A DNA stretch of 64,000 bases from Guillardia theta CCMP2712 (Eukaryota; Protista; Cryptophyta), in contig NW_005434664.1 in assembly GCF_000315625.1 (NCBI RefSeq), positions 295,765 through 359,764 of the forward strand. The letters run 5' to 3'. Of the stretch, positions 21,596 through 31,540 are shown in pieces. The position numbers were made by a program, and so were the translations under genes. A model generated the notes under the pieces. It was given only the letters and a program-made list of their open reading frames with translations, searched no databases and was not told the origin of the DNA. How positions within the stretch are numbered: the first letter of the stretch is position 1; each line of letters opens with the position of its first letter.

Positions 21596-23920
21596 GGATG
21601 TGATGTTGGCAGAGGTGTTCTATTCCAATCTCCTTTCATCCAGGTGTTCAAGTTCGAAGGTCAATCTCTCCGGCAATATCTCTATGAGACCTCCGTCGAA
21701 GGATCTCTTGTAATCCTCCAATCTCTCGAGCGCTCACCCTCTTTTCCCTCTCCTTGCTCCCCTTCGCTCCTGCCAACTCCACCTCTGCCTCCTTCCCTGC
21801 CTCTACCTCCTCCTCCTCCTCCTCCTCTACCTCCTCCTCCTCCTCCTCCTCCTCCTCCTCCTCCTCCTCCTCCTCCTCCTCCTCCTCCTCCTCCTCCTCG
21901 CTTTCCTCCGATCATTCTCATTTTCTCTCTTGCCTATCCTCTCGCGTTCTCAACTTTCTCCTCTCACTTTCTTGCTTTTGCTATTCAGATCCATTTCCAG
22001 ACATCTCAATTCTGGCGGGACCTCCGGCAGTCCTCGCATGGTCCAAGAATGATTAAGTCCTCTCCTATGGCAAACCCTCAACCTCTTGACTTGATTGTTT
22101 CAGGGAAGTCATGCGCCAGATCTTACAGGGAGTCTCTTTCTGCCATACCAAGAACGTCACTCATAGAGATCTGAAGGTCCTCCTCCTCCTCCTCCTCCTC
22201 CTCCTCTTCATCCTCCTCCTCCTCCTCCTCCTCCTCCCCCTCCTCCTCCTCCTCCTCCTCCTCCTCCTCCTGCTCCTTTTCCTCCTCCTCCGTGCTGCTT
22301 CCGGCTCATCATGCTCACTTCTTCCATGTTCCTTCAGCCCGATAACTTGATCGTTCACGTCCAACTTCCTTCGTGCGGTCCCGTGCAGTCCTTGGAAGAA
22401 GAGAGGTTCAGCATCGTGCTGAAACTTGCTGACTTTGGGAGGTGACGTGAGGAGGGCGGGGAACAAAAGGGAGAGGAGGAAAGGACAGGAAGAGCAGAGC
22501 AGAGCAGAGCAGAGCAGAGCAGAGCAGAGCAGAGGAGGACAGGAGCAACATGGAGAGGAAGGAAGAGAAGTAGTTCAAAGTCTAACGGAGAGTTGCTGTT
22601 GCTCACAGTTGTGCCTTTAGTGCAGTCGATGCTTATTCCGTCGAGCATCTCTACGGGAACAACGGGCCGAGTCAAGAGGCAAGTGGCAGAGGAAGGAAAA
22701 CGGTTGTATGGGAGGGGAGAAATTGTAACGGGGGATGGGAGAGAGGAGGGAGGAGGAGAAGGATGCAGCAGGAGCAGGAGCAGGAGTCAAAGGGAGGAGG
22801 GAGGAGGAGCAGGAGGAGTGACAATGATCATGGTAGGAGGAGACGCTTGACTACGCTCCTCCTGAAGTTCTGTTCGGGGATGGCGTCCCCTGTGCGGCCA
22901 TGCGACCACATTCATACGATCTGGTTTGAAAAAGCAGAGGAGAGGAAGGGGGAGGGAGGAAGAGAGGAAGAGAGTGGTCGGGATGGGGATGTGTGTGTGG
23001 AGGGTGGGGGGGGGGAGTCGGGGCGGCATCGGCAAGAGGAAGGAGGAAGGAGTTGATTGCTGCTGCAGTGGTCTGTCGGGGTGATTTTCCTAGAGATGCT
23101 ACTGGGAACAAGCAAGGTGAACTGAACAAAATGAAAGCAGAGAGGGGAGGAGGGAGGGAGAGGGTGTCGAAGGATGAGTAGGATGGATATGATGATAATG
23201 TCGAGGAGGAGGAGGAGGAAGGTAAAAGTCCTACAGGTGTTTCAGATCGACGGGAGGACGAGAGCTTTCATGACAGTCAAGATGCCCAACGCTCCTTCCA
23301 AGATGATCGAGCAGGTCAAGAGCTATCGGCCAGTCAACCCCCTTACCCATGGCAGGCGTGTCTGCTAAAAGCCTTGATGGAGTACCGCATCTATCCTCCT
23401 CCTCCTCCTCCTCCCTCCTCCTCTCAGGATGCAAGGAGCATCCAAGGTGCCAGCTCTGCCAGCAACGATGAAAATTCTCCATCCTCGCTTGCGGGGGCGC
23501 TCTCCCAATTCGCAAAACAACAGAGTTCTCGGCAAGACGCCATGGAGAAGGAGGAGGAGGAGGAGGAGGAGGAGGAGGAGGCAAGCAACGCATTGCAGGA
23601 AGCGCTGCTGAAGCGGGACCCTCTTGGTATTGGACTGCCCGATAGACAAGCTGTGAGTCGTTCTCCTGCACGAAAACCTGTCTCCACGAACTCCTCCCCC
23701 CCCTTCTCCTCTGCCTCCACCACCACCACCACCACCACCTCCTCCTCCTCCTCCTCCTCCTCCTCCTCCTCCTCCTCCTCCTGCCACCTTGCTCCCCTTC
23801 TTTTCCACTGTCTTAAGTTGCCAGCAGGTCAACCTCCTGCGTAGTCTGCTGCGGTGGAACGCAGAGGAGAGGATCTCAGCAGAAGCTGCCTTGAAGCATC
23901 CCTACTTCGTGGGAAGCTAG
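18844..23920 (+). CDS. Ser/Thr protein kinase resembling plant At3g63330/At3g63340-type kinases, with N-terminal hydrophobic leader
   Basis: Spliced motifs: IGAGAYGEVW, FVLKRLYVEKGQ|EIRLSGMRE|VHFG, LWLV|FKFEG, HRDLK|PDN, LADFG|SAVD, GPSQE|EETLDYAPPEV, YDLW|SVGVIFLEMLLG, RDPLGIG, ERISAEAALKHPYF. Linkage of the 18.8-20.5 kb exons to the kinase is less certain than the kinase itself. Confidence 0.8.
21132..22533. repeat. Intronic microsatellite blocks in the kinase gene
   Basis: (GAT)n 21132-21173, (GAGCAG)n about 21470-21594, (CCT)n 21805-21899 and 22177-22290, (AGAGC)n 22491-22533. Confidence 0.9.
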
Positions 23921-24244
23921 AACTTCAGTCGGGGGGGAAGAAGTGAGAAGGAGTGGAAGCCGGAGGAAGAAATTTCAAGAGTCTTCGTGCATTTCTTACA
24001 AGCCTCTACCAAATCGATTCCCTAAACCACCAGGAAAGAAATAGAGAGGGAGGAGGAAAATCAATTCCCAATCCCTACTCTGCAAGGTCCGTTAACACAG
24101 CCGAAAGAATATGTCTCCTCCTCCTCCTCCTCCTCCTCCTCCTCCTCCTCTTGCTCCTCTTGCTCCTGCTCCTCCTCTCTGCTCATCCTGCACCTGGATC
24201 CCTCGCTGCTCTCACCCGCCACACATGTACAATCTTCATCCTCC

Positions 24245-26602
24245 TCACCACACGTCGCATCGCTCAGCGGGCGCCATGGGCGATCCTCGAGGGCACTGGA
24301 ACACCTCAGCAAAGGGGGCGAACTGGCTGAGGGCGCCGAGGACGCGGAACTTATTGGGGGCATGCGGGTCAGTGAGGACCTGGTTCAGTACTCCCTTCTT
24401 CCTCTCCACTGTACACCAAGTCTGTGCGAAGGCCGTGAAGAACACGCGCTTCTCCTCAGGCTGCCTCTCCTTCGCCGCCATGAACGCCTGGTAGGAGAAC
24501 TTGAGTCCCCCGGCGTCCGCCATGTCCTCCCCCAGCGTCAGGTTCCCGTTCACGTGCCGGTACGCGACGGAGTAGGAGTCGAACAGCCGGGCGACGCAGC
24601 TGCTCCTCTCCTTGAACTTCTCCACCGTCTCCTTGTCCCACCAGTCATGCAGCGATCCCCTCTCGTCGTACTCCCTCCCGCTGTCGTCGAACCCGTGCGT
24701 CATCTCATGCCCTAGCACGCTCCCGATGCTCCCGTAGTTCCTGGCGTCCGGGTTGGAGGCGTCAAAGAAGGGCGCCTGCAGGATCCCAGCAGGGATCCAG
24801 AGCCCGTTGTTGTTGGGCCCGTAAAAGGCGTTGACCTCGGTCGGAGTGCTTCCACCCCAGCTCCTCCTCTTGGGCGCCTCGTTCATCTTGCGGAAGTCAC
24901 GATCCACCGCCTTGCGGTTCACCAGCAGGTAGTTGGAGAAGTAGTCCGACCCCAGCAGGCCATCCAGGTCCCTGCTCTCCACCGGCCAGTCTGCCTTCCC
25001 GTCCTTGTCCGTGGGCCAGGCCACCTGGAAGAACATCTTCTCTAGCTTCGACTGCGCCGCCAGCCGGTCGTCGGGCGACATCCACCCTTCCTTTTTCAGG
25101 CTCTCCAGGAAGCGACTCCGGATGCCCTCCAGCATCTCCAGCGCCGCCTGCCTGTTGGCAACGTGGAACACCTTGTCCACATACAGCTTCGCTGCCGGCC
25201 AGGCTACGTCCGAGGTGGTGCTGTAGTAGCACTTGCGGGGGCGAGGGTTCTTCTGCTGGATGCCGTAGAGGTCCTTGCTGTACTCCACCATGACGTCGAT
25301 GAAGTCGGCGGAGAGGTAGACCGCTGCCCCCTTGATCACGTTCCATCGCAGCTTCGCCTTGATCGCCTCTAATGAAGTATCCTTGAGCATCTGCTCCAGC
25401 CCGTCGAAGTACTTCTCGTCGCGCAACAGGAGCACGAGGCCCTTGTCAGTCCCGACCTCCAGCAGGCTCGGGTAGTCTGACTCGCACACCTTTGCGCTGC
25501 CGTCAGGTGGGCTGGTGCAGGAGGAGAGCTTTTGCAGCCATGTCCGCCACGGCCATGATGGCGTCTGCTGCTCCAACACCTCAACAGTGATGGGCTTGCC
25601 ATGGTCATGCCGCTCCTTGTCTCGGTCGGTCGAGTACTTGGCGATCCTCGTCTCGAGGTCCAGCACCATCTTGGCCTCTTTCTCCGCGTCCTCGCGGCCC
25701 ACAAGCTTGAAGAACTTGGCTGCAACCTCCACCAGCTTCTTTCTGTGCCCCTCCATCTCATCCGAGTCCTCAGTGTAGTACGTCTTGTCGGGGAGGGAGT
25801 AAGAGCCGGGACCAACGTTGAACGACTTGGTGCTGGAGTCTCTGGGGTTGGACGAGATGTACCACGAGAACAGCACGTCGATGTCTTGCTTGTTCAGCTC
25901 CGTCACGACATGAACCAGGGACGACACGTCCTTGACGGAGTCGATCAGGTTCAGCCATGGCGCCAGCGGCTTCGCTCCCAGGGAGTTAACACGATCCTCA
26001 TCCATGCACGAGCGGAAGTAGAGGCCGGCAGGCCCGGGGTCCGTCTTGAACAGCTCCGTCTCCGACTCCCGGACCATCTTGTCGGCATAATCCCAGCTGA
26101 GGCTCTTGGAGGACTTGAACTTCGGGATATCTTGGTGCGTGGCATCGTAGTTGCCGCATGCAAACTCATAGAAGTCGTCGCAGGGATCAACATCCGCGTT
26201 GATCGCGTCCCTCATGTCCTGCGGGAAGCCAGAGATCTGGAGACGAGTGGCTACGCTCTCCGCTCCCTGGGAGATCTTCTTGCTTCCTATCTGATCCTCC
26301 ACGAACCAGATGTCCTGGAGGCGCTTGATGAAGTTGATGCTTCCATCTCCATCCACCATGGCCTTCTCGAACCCTCGCTTCAGCGCATCTTGGTCTTCCT
26401 GCGGCCCTTTCTTGGAGGGATCGACGTTCGCATCATCTTTCCAGAGCTTCTGGCTTTTCTCCAGCAGCATTGAGCCAACTTTACCCATGAGCGATGAGCT
26501 CTTATCCCCTTCTCCCATTCTCTCTCCTTCTCTTCCTCCCACGCTCAGCATCACGAGCGCCGCCAAGGCGACAGCAGAAGCTATTCCCACTGCCCACCGC
26601 AT
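24245..26602 (-). CDS. M13 family zinc metallopeptidase (neprilysin/ECE-like), type II membrane, intronless
   Basis: N-terminal TM, VDPCDDFYEFACG, VNAFY, HEMTH zinc motif, GEDMAD third ligand, DPHAP and C-terminal CDVW*. First ATG at 26602. Confidence 0.95.
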   Translation of the reverse strand: MRWAVGIASAVALAALVMLSVGGREGERMGEGDKSSSLMGKVGSMLLEKSQKLWKDDANVDPSKKGPQEDQDALKRGFEKAMVDGDGSINFIKRLQDIWFVEDQIGSKKISQGAESVATRLQISGFPQDMRDAINADVDPCDDFYEFACGNYDATHQDIPKFKSSKSLSWDYADKMVRESETELFKTDPGPAGLYFRSCMDEDRVNSLGAKPLAPWLNLIDSVKDVSSLVHVVTELNKQDIDVLFSWYISSNPRDSSTKSFNVGPGSYSLPDKTYYTEDSDEMEGHRKKLVEVAAKFFKLVGREDAEKEAKMVLDLETRIAKYSTDRDKERHDHGKPITVEVLEQQTPSWPWRTWLQKLSSCTSPPDGSAKVCESDYPSLLEVGTDKGLVLLLRDEKYFDGLEQMLKDTSLEAIKAKLRWNVIKGAAVYLSADFIDVMVEYSKDLYGIQQKNPRPRKCYYSTTSDVAWPAAKLYVDKVFHVANRQAALEMLEGIRSRFLESLKKEGWMSPDDRLAAQSKLEKMFFQVAWPTDKDGKADWPVESRDLDGLLGSDYFSNYLLVNRKAVDRDFRKMNEAPKRRSWGGSTPTEVNAFYGPNNNGLWIPAGILQAPFFDASNPDARNYGSIGSVLGHEMTHGFDDSGREYDERGSLHDWWDKETVEKFKERSSCVARLFDSYSVAYRHVNGNLTLGEDMADAGGLKFSYQAFMAAKERQPEEKRVFFTAFAQTWCTVERKKGVLNQVLTDPHAPNKFRVLGALSQFAPFAEVFQCPRGSPMAPAERCDVW

Positions 26603-27536
26603 TTTCGCCCGAAACAATCCCAGCGGACCCCTACAACATGAACCCTTACCCAGTATTCATCATTACCCCACCCCATGAATACAGATAAATGTCTGTCCCA
26701 AGAACCGGTAATATTGTCCATGACCCACCCTTCTTTTACCCACTACCCCGTCCGAGCTCCTGCTCTATTTCGGCTGAGGAAAGCGGTTACGGGGAGTAAA
26801 GATACGTTACATAATACATGGTTGCATTCGCAACGGCTATAACTGTTCCGAACCGTTCTTGAAGAGACGGCTGCCTCTTCGCACCGCGGGGAATGAGGCG
26901 GAGGGAAACTTGAGCACGATGGCAGAGGAGGGGTGGGAAGATGGAAGAGAGGAGACGGGAAGGGGGAGGGCAGGAAGGCAGGAAATGGTGGGCAAGCAGC
27001 GGGAAGCAGCGGGAAGCAGGCAGAAGAACGGCAGAAGGACGGGGATGGTAACCATGATGCACGGGAACGGCATGTGCTGGAGAGTAGGAAAGAAGCAGTT
27101 GAATGCTCCTGTACGGAAGAAGCAGATTACGGAGACCATGATGAAAAAAAAGAATCGAGCACAGAGGGAGGTAATTCGAGGAGCGAGTCGAACAGAGAGA
27201 AGAAATGGCAAAAGCATCTGTTAAGATGAAGCCGGTGCCGCTGCCAATCGTTGTCAAATAGTAGTATTCGATAAGATGTGTCTTCGGTTCTAGATCAGGA
27301 GGGAGTGAGTCTTGGTTCACAGCAAGATAGAAAGTTACGATGTTGTTGAAATTCAGGTTTTTTCCTTGAGAACAATCACATTTTGACACTCGATAAGAAC
27401 TAGCAACTCTAGGAGAACTAGCAACTTGTTAGTGTGGTGCCTTGTGCGATGAATGAGTGTGGGAGGTGGCCTTCAAACGCTCAGCGATATCGAGCTTGTC
27501 GAACCAACTTGTTCTGATGTGTTTCTAAACAGGACA

Positions 27537-27967
27537 ATGATTCTTCAGTCCCTTCTCTTCACCAAGCTCGGTGCTCCTTTTGAGACTCCCTCTGGAGGCG
27601 CTTGGGATGACCAGATCACCTACAACTTCACCACTGATCCCGAGTACACCGACAACGGCTACGTCAAGCACTACACTGACCTGTGAGAATATTTCCCGTC
27701 CTCCCTCTCCTCTCCTGGTTCCTTCTCACCCTGTTGTCCGTTCCCTAAATCATGGTCTCCTTCTCCTTCTTCACTATTACACATCTTCCTCCCTCCATCC
27801 CTGTTCATGTCATTCGCTCACTTCCATTCAGCTGGAGCCCGGCATGGCAGCACATGGACAACCTCGACCACATCCGCCCCTCCATGGGAGTTCCTTCCTG
27901 GGACGCTCCTTCCCAGTGGAACCTCCCCGGACGCGCGTTCCCTGGCCCTGCCGCTGACAAGTTGTAA
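27537..27967 (+). CDS. Small Trp/Pro/Asp-rich protein (93 aa, 2 coding exons)
   Basis: Exons 27537-27682 and 27832-27967 join in frame across a GT-AG intron: MILQSLLFTKLGAPFETPSGGAWDDQITYNF...WSPAWQHMDNLDHIRPSMGVPSWDAPSQWNLPGRAFPGPAADKL*. Strong C-ending codon bias. Confidence 0.75.
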
Positions 27968-28121
27968 GTTTGGTTGGAGACTTGCGATTTTTTGAGAATT
28001 TTAAAGATTGAGATCTTGTGATATCATTCAAGGGTGGGGGGGGGGGGGGGGAGGATTGTACAAAGAATATCGAGGATGATGAGGGACGAGAGGAAGAAGG
28101 AGAGGAGACGGATGGCGAAGG

Positions 28122-31094
28122 TCAAGATCGTTGCCCAAGACTCTCCTGGTCTTGGCTCTGCAACTGCATGAGGATCTCGTGCAGTCGCTGGTTCGTTGCG
28201 CTGTGCTCGCGCTCGCTGGTCCAGAAGTGTCACCACCATCACCATCCTCCTGTCCTCCCTGCCTCTCGCTACCTGATCTCACTCTCAGCCTCGTGGAGCA
28301 TCTGGCTGTACTGCTTCGCAAGGTCCTCCAGCTCTCTCGAGTGAGTGAGCATCCCCTCCTCTAGCACAGTGTTCTCCATCTCCCTCAGGGTGGTGGTCTG
28401 CCGCAGCATCAGGACGAGAGAAGATGCTGCATTTAGTCGCACCTCGAACATGGTGATGATGTCACTCAGGACGTCGCCGAACTCAATCTGGACGTCGATG
28501 AGCTCCTGGAGGTGCGTGAGGAGCGGAGAGCAGCGACAAGTCCACTCACTCTCAGCATGGCGGAGATGAGGACGCGCTGGTCCCCCTTGATCTTCTCCTG
28601 CTCTCTTGTGAGCAAGCACTAGGGCAGCGAGATGGCAGACCTCCTTCTCTATCCTCGTAAGCATCCCTCGGTTGCGACTCGCGATCCTCTGAATCTCCTG
28701 CAGGCATGCAAGGTTAGGAGGGAGGGGGAGATCGTGAAGATGGGGAAGTGACAGCAGCGAAGGAGGAGGAAGAATGTTGTGGGAGGTGGAAGAAGGGGAA
28801 GGGAGGGAAGAGGGAGAAGAGGAGGACGGTTGATTCAAGCAAGGCAGAGACGACAAGACCTGTTCGTGTATCTCTTCGAGCATGATGAGCCGCTCCTGCA
28901 TCTCCTCCACCCTGCCATGCCATCACAAGGAGCAGGATCGGACGAGCTCATGCTCTTGCCGGACTAGAGGAACGCTGACGTTCTTGAGGCCCTTGAGCTC
29001 TGCTGTGATGACCCTCAGGTTCTCTTGAGCAACGCTCTGCTCGAGGTCTTCGATCTTCCTCTCCAGCAGCTCCTCCCTGGCCTGAGCTTGTGCGCTGGTG
29101 GAGCGTCAGAGAGAGGAGCGCGAGGTCTGCGAGGCCTCACAGGGCGTTCTGAAGGTTCGTGACGTGATGCTCGTGTCGGTTCTTGAGCTCGAGGATCTGC
29201 TTGTTGAAAGCTTCCTTCTCAGCTGAAGTCTTGCTGTTCATGTACTTGAGCATCGCCTTCCGCTCCTGCAAGCTTTGTCAGGCAGCAGCATCACTCGCAG
29301 CTGCTCTCCACATTCTCCATCTTGTACAAGCGGTTGTATAAAGTCTGAGCCTCCCGGGCGATCTGTGTTTTTGCTGTCGACAGCCAAGTCAGAGAAAGCC
29401 GAAGAGAGTCTTGGGAGAGGTCAGGAGGCACAAGGCAGACCTGAGGCAACTTTTTCTATCTGGTTGCTGTGGAGGGTGGCAGCGAACTGAAGGGACTTTG
29501 ACGCTTCTTGGAAACCTGCTTTCAACCTGCGGGCCATCAGAACCACTTCTAATGTTCGCAAGAACAAACCAACCTCTCCATGTCATTCGAAGTTCTTTCA
29601 AGATCAGCCTTCAGCTTGTCGATGACCTGGTTCCTCGATGATATTTGGAGCTGCAAATGAATGTCAGCAAGATTGAAAACCAAGATGTCAAACACCTCAA
29701 GCTCTTTGTTTTGACTTGTCAACTTGTCTCTTTCGAGGGTTCTCAGCGCAAAGTCATGCTTGAGGTTGTTGAGGTCTTGTTCGATGACGTGCAGGTTGCC
29801 GTTAGATTGCTTCTTCTCAATCTCCAAATCGAGCTCGAGACGCCTGATCACCGACTGATATTCCGCATTCGTGCTTGTTAGCTGGGAGATCTTTTCTTTG
29901 TAGTTGGTCAGGTTCTGATCTGCATTCAACACCATCTGATCCAGTTTGTGGTTGCTCGACTTTAGAGTCTCAATGTTCTTCATCAGCTCTTCGACCTCCC
30001 TCTGGTGTCTCAACCTCTCCTCCTCCAGCTGATGTTGTAACGTCGGCGATATGTCGCGGCCTCGCTCATCCAGCTGCATCTGAGTGACGCTCTGCCGGGA
30101 CAGAGAGGGGAGTTTTACATCCTCCTTGAGCAATCGTGTGTTTTCTTTCCGCAGGTTCCGGTCCGTGGCGAGGATGTGCTCGATGTGGTACTGGAGGTCA
30201 ACCAGCCGATGCTCACAGAGGGAGACAGTCTGGTCCAGCCGTGAAAGTTGCTCCGGCAACATGCTGCCCGGTTGAGCTGCAGAGCCCTCACTGCTCACAT
30301 CTGCCGTCTCATGCAAGGCCTCCTCGACATCCAGCAGAAGGACTCTCCTTCCTTCTTGCTGCTTTGAACTGGAAGCCTTGGCTGAAGGCAAATTTGACGT
30401 GGAAGAAGCTTCTCTCTGAGCATTCTGAACGCTTTGATGATTGACGAGCTCATGGCTGAGTTGCTCTTTCTGCATCAGCAGTATCGAGTTCATCGTCAAG
30501 ATCTTATCGTGCTCCAGCTCCATCTCCATGAGCTTGTGAGATTCTTTCTTCCTGATCTCTAGCTCTTCTTCCAGAGTCATCAGTTTACTCTGCAGGAGAG
30601 ACTTCTCATAGGACAGCTTGTGGAGCTGCTGCATGTAATCCTCGTTCAACCTTGCGCAATCATCGAGAGATTTGTTTGAACTCTCGAGTTGCATACTGAG
30701 GCCCCTTATCGATCTATCCAGTCCATCTATCACCTTGTCTTTCTCGCTCAATTTTGAGTTCACAAACGAGAGTTCTCTCTTCAGCTGGCTCGTATTTGAC
30801 ATCTCCCACTCAAGCTGGTTCTGTAGAGATCTACATCTCTCCATCAGCTTTGCCACCTCCCCCTCCGCCATCGCCGCCCTGCTCCTTGGCTCCTTCGACA
30901 TTGCTTCCTGCATCGCAAAACAGTCCTGTTTAGTTTGCTGTATCAATCTGATATCAAACTGTCATGTTGACGCCTCCCTCTTGGGAATTCACACCTCTCC
31001 TATTCAACAAAGACGAATCTTCTAATTTGAGTCACAAAATCGACAAAGACGGTGGGGTACATGTGACTCACTTCCAGCTACTCATCTCCACCAT
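28122..31094 (-). CDS. Long coiled-coil protein (multi-exon)
   Basis: Heptad-rich ORFs of 465 aa and 213 aa plus linking exons. Likely first exon MVEMSSWK|gtgagt; last exon SEREHSATNQRLHEILMQLQSQDQESLGQRS*. Confidence 0.65.
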
Positions 31095-31540
31095 GGCGCA
31101 TGTAAATGCATCCTGTCTCATCCACACATCTCCGTTCCTGCATGGCGCCTGCTGCTTTCTGCTTCCTCGATGCTCCTCGCGCTCCCATCAGCAACAAAGC
31201 ATGTCCCTCTTCCGGGCGCAGCGATGCTGTAACGGCTGTTACGTTTTAAAAAAACGTTTTACAGACTCTCTTACTAGGCTGAAGGACAAAACCGCCGGCC
31301 CGGACTCTACTACACTGTGACACTACTAGTAGGCTGGCCCGACCGCCGCGCAGGCGGCTCCGAGCACGGGCCGGGCCGGCCGGTATGGCACTGCCGCAGT
31401 CACCATCTCGTACCATCACGGTGCCGGACGGTGGCAACTGCACTCACTGCGGGCGGCAGCGCATGACTTGGCATACCGTACTAGCTACGGTGAATGACTC
31501 ATGAGACTCATCATTGCGTAATAATCAATCAGTAACCGGG

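Noticed and set aside
24362-26688. Multiple long ORFs antisense or out of frame to the M13 peptidase (also 17029-17691 and many poly-L/P/S/R ORFs)
   Set aside because: Shadow ORFs caused by high GC3 or microsatellites; the opposite frame carries the recognisable protein.
28024-28245. KASH-like C-terminus (TM followed by PPPPPTLE*) on the coiled-coil gene
   Set aside because: It needs an implausible intron of about 20 nt. A better acceptor with a branch-like site gives a different frame (SEREH...QRS*) ending at 28122, and the Pro run derives from a poly-G tract.
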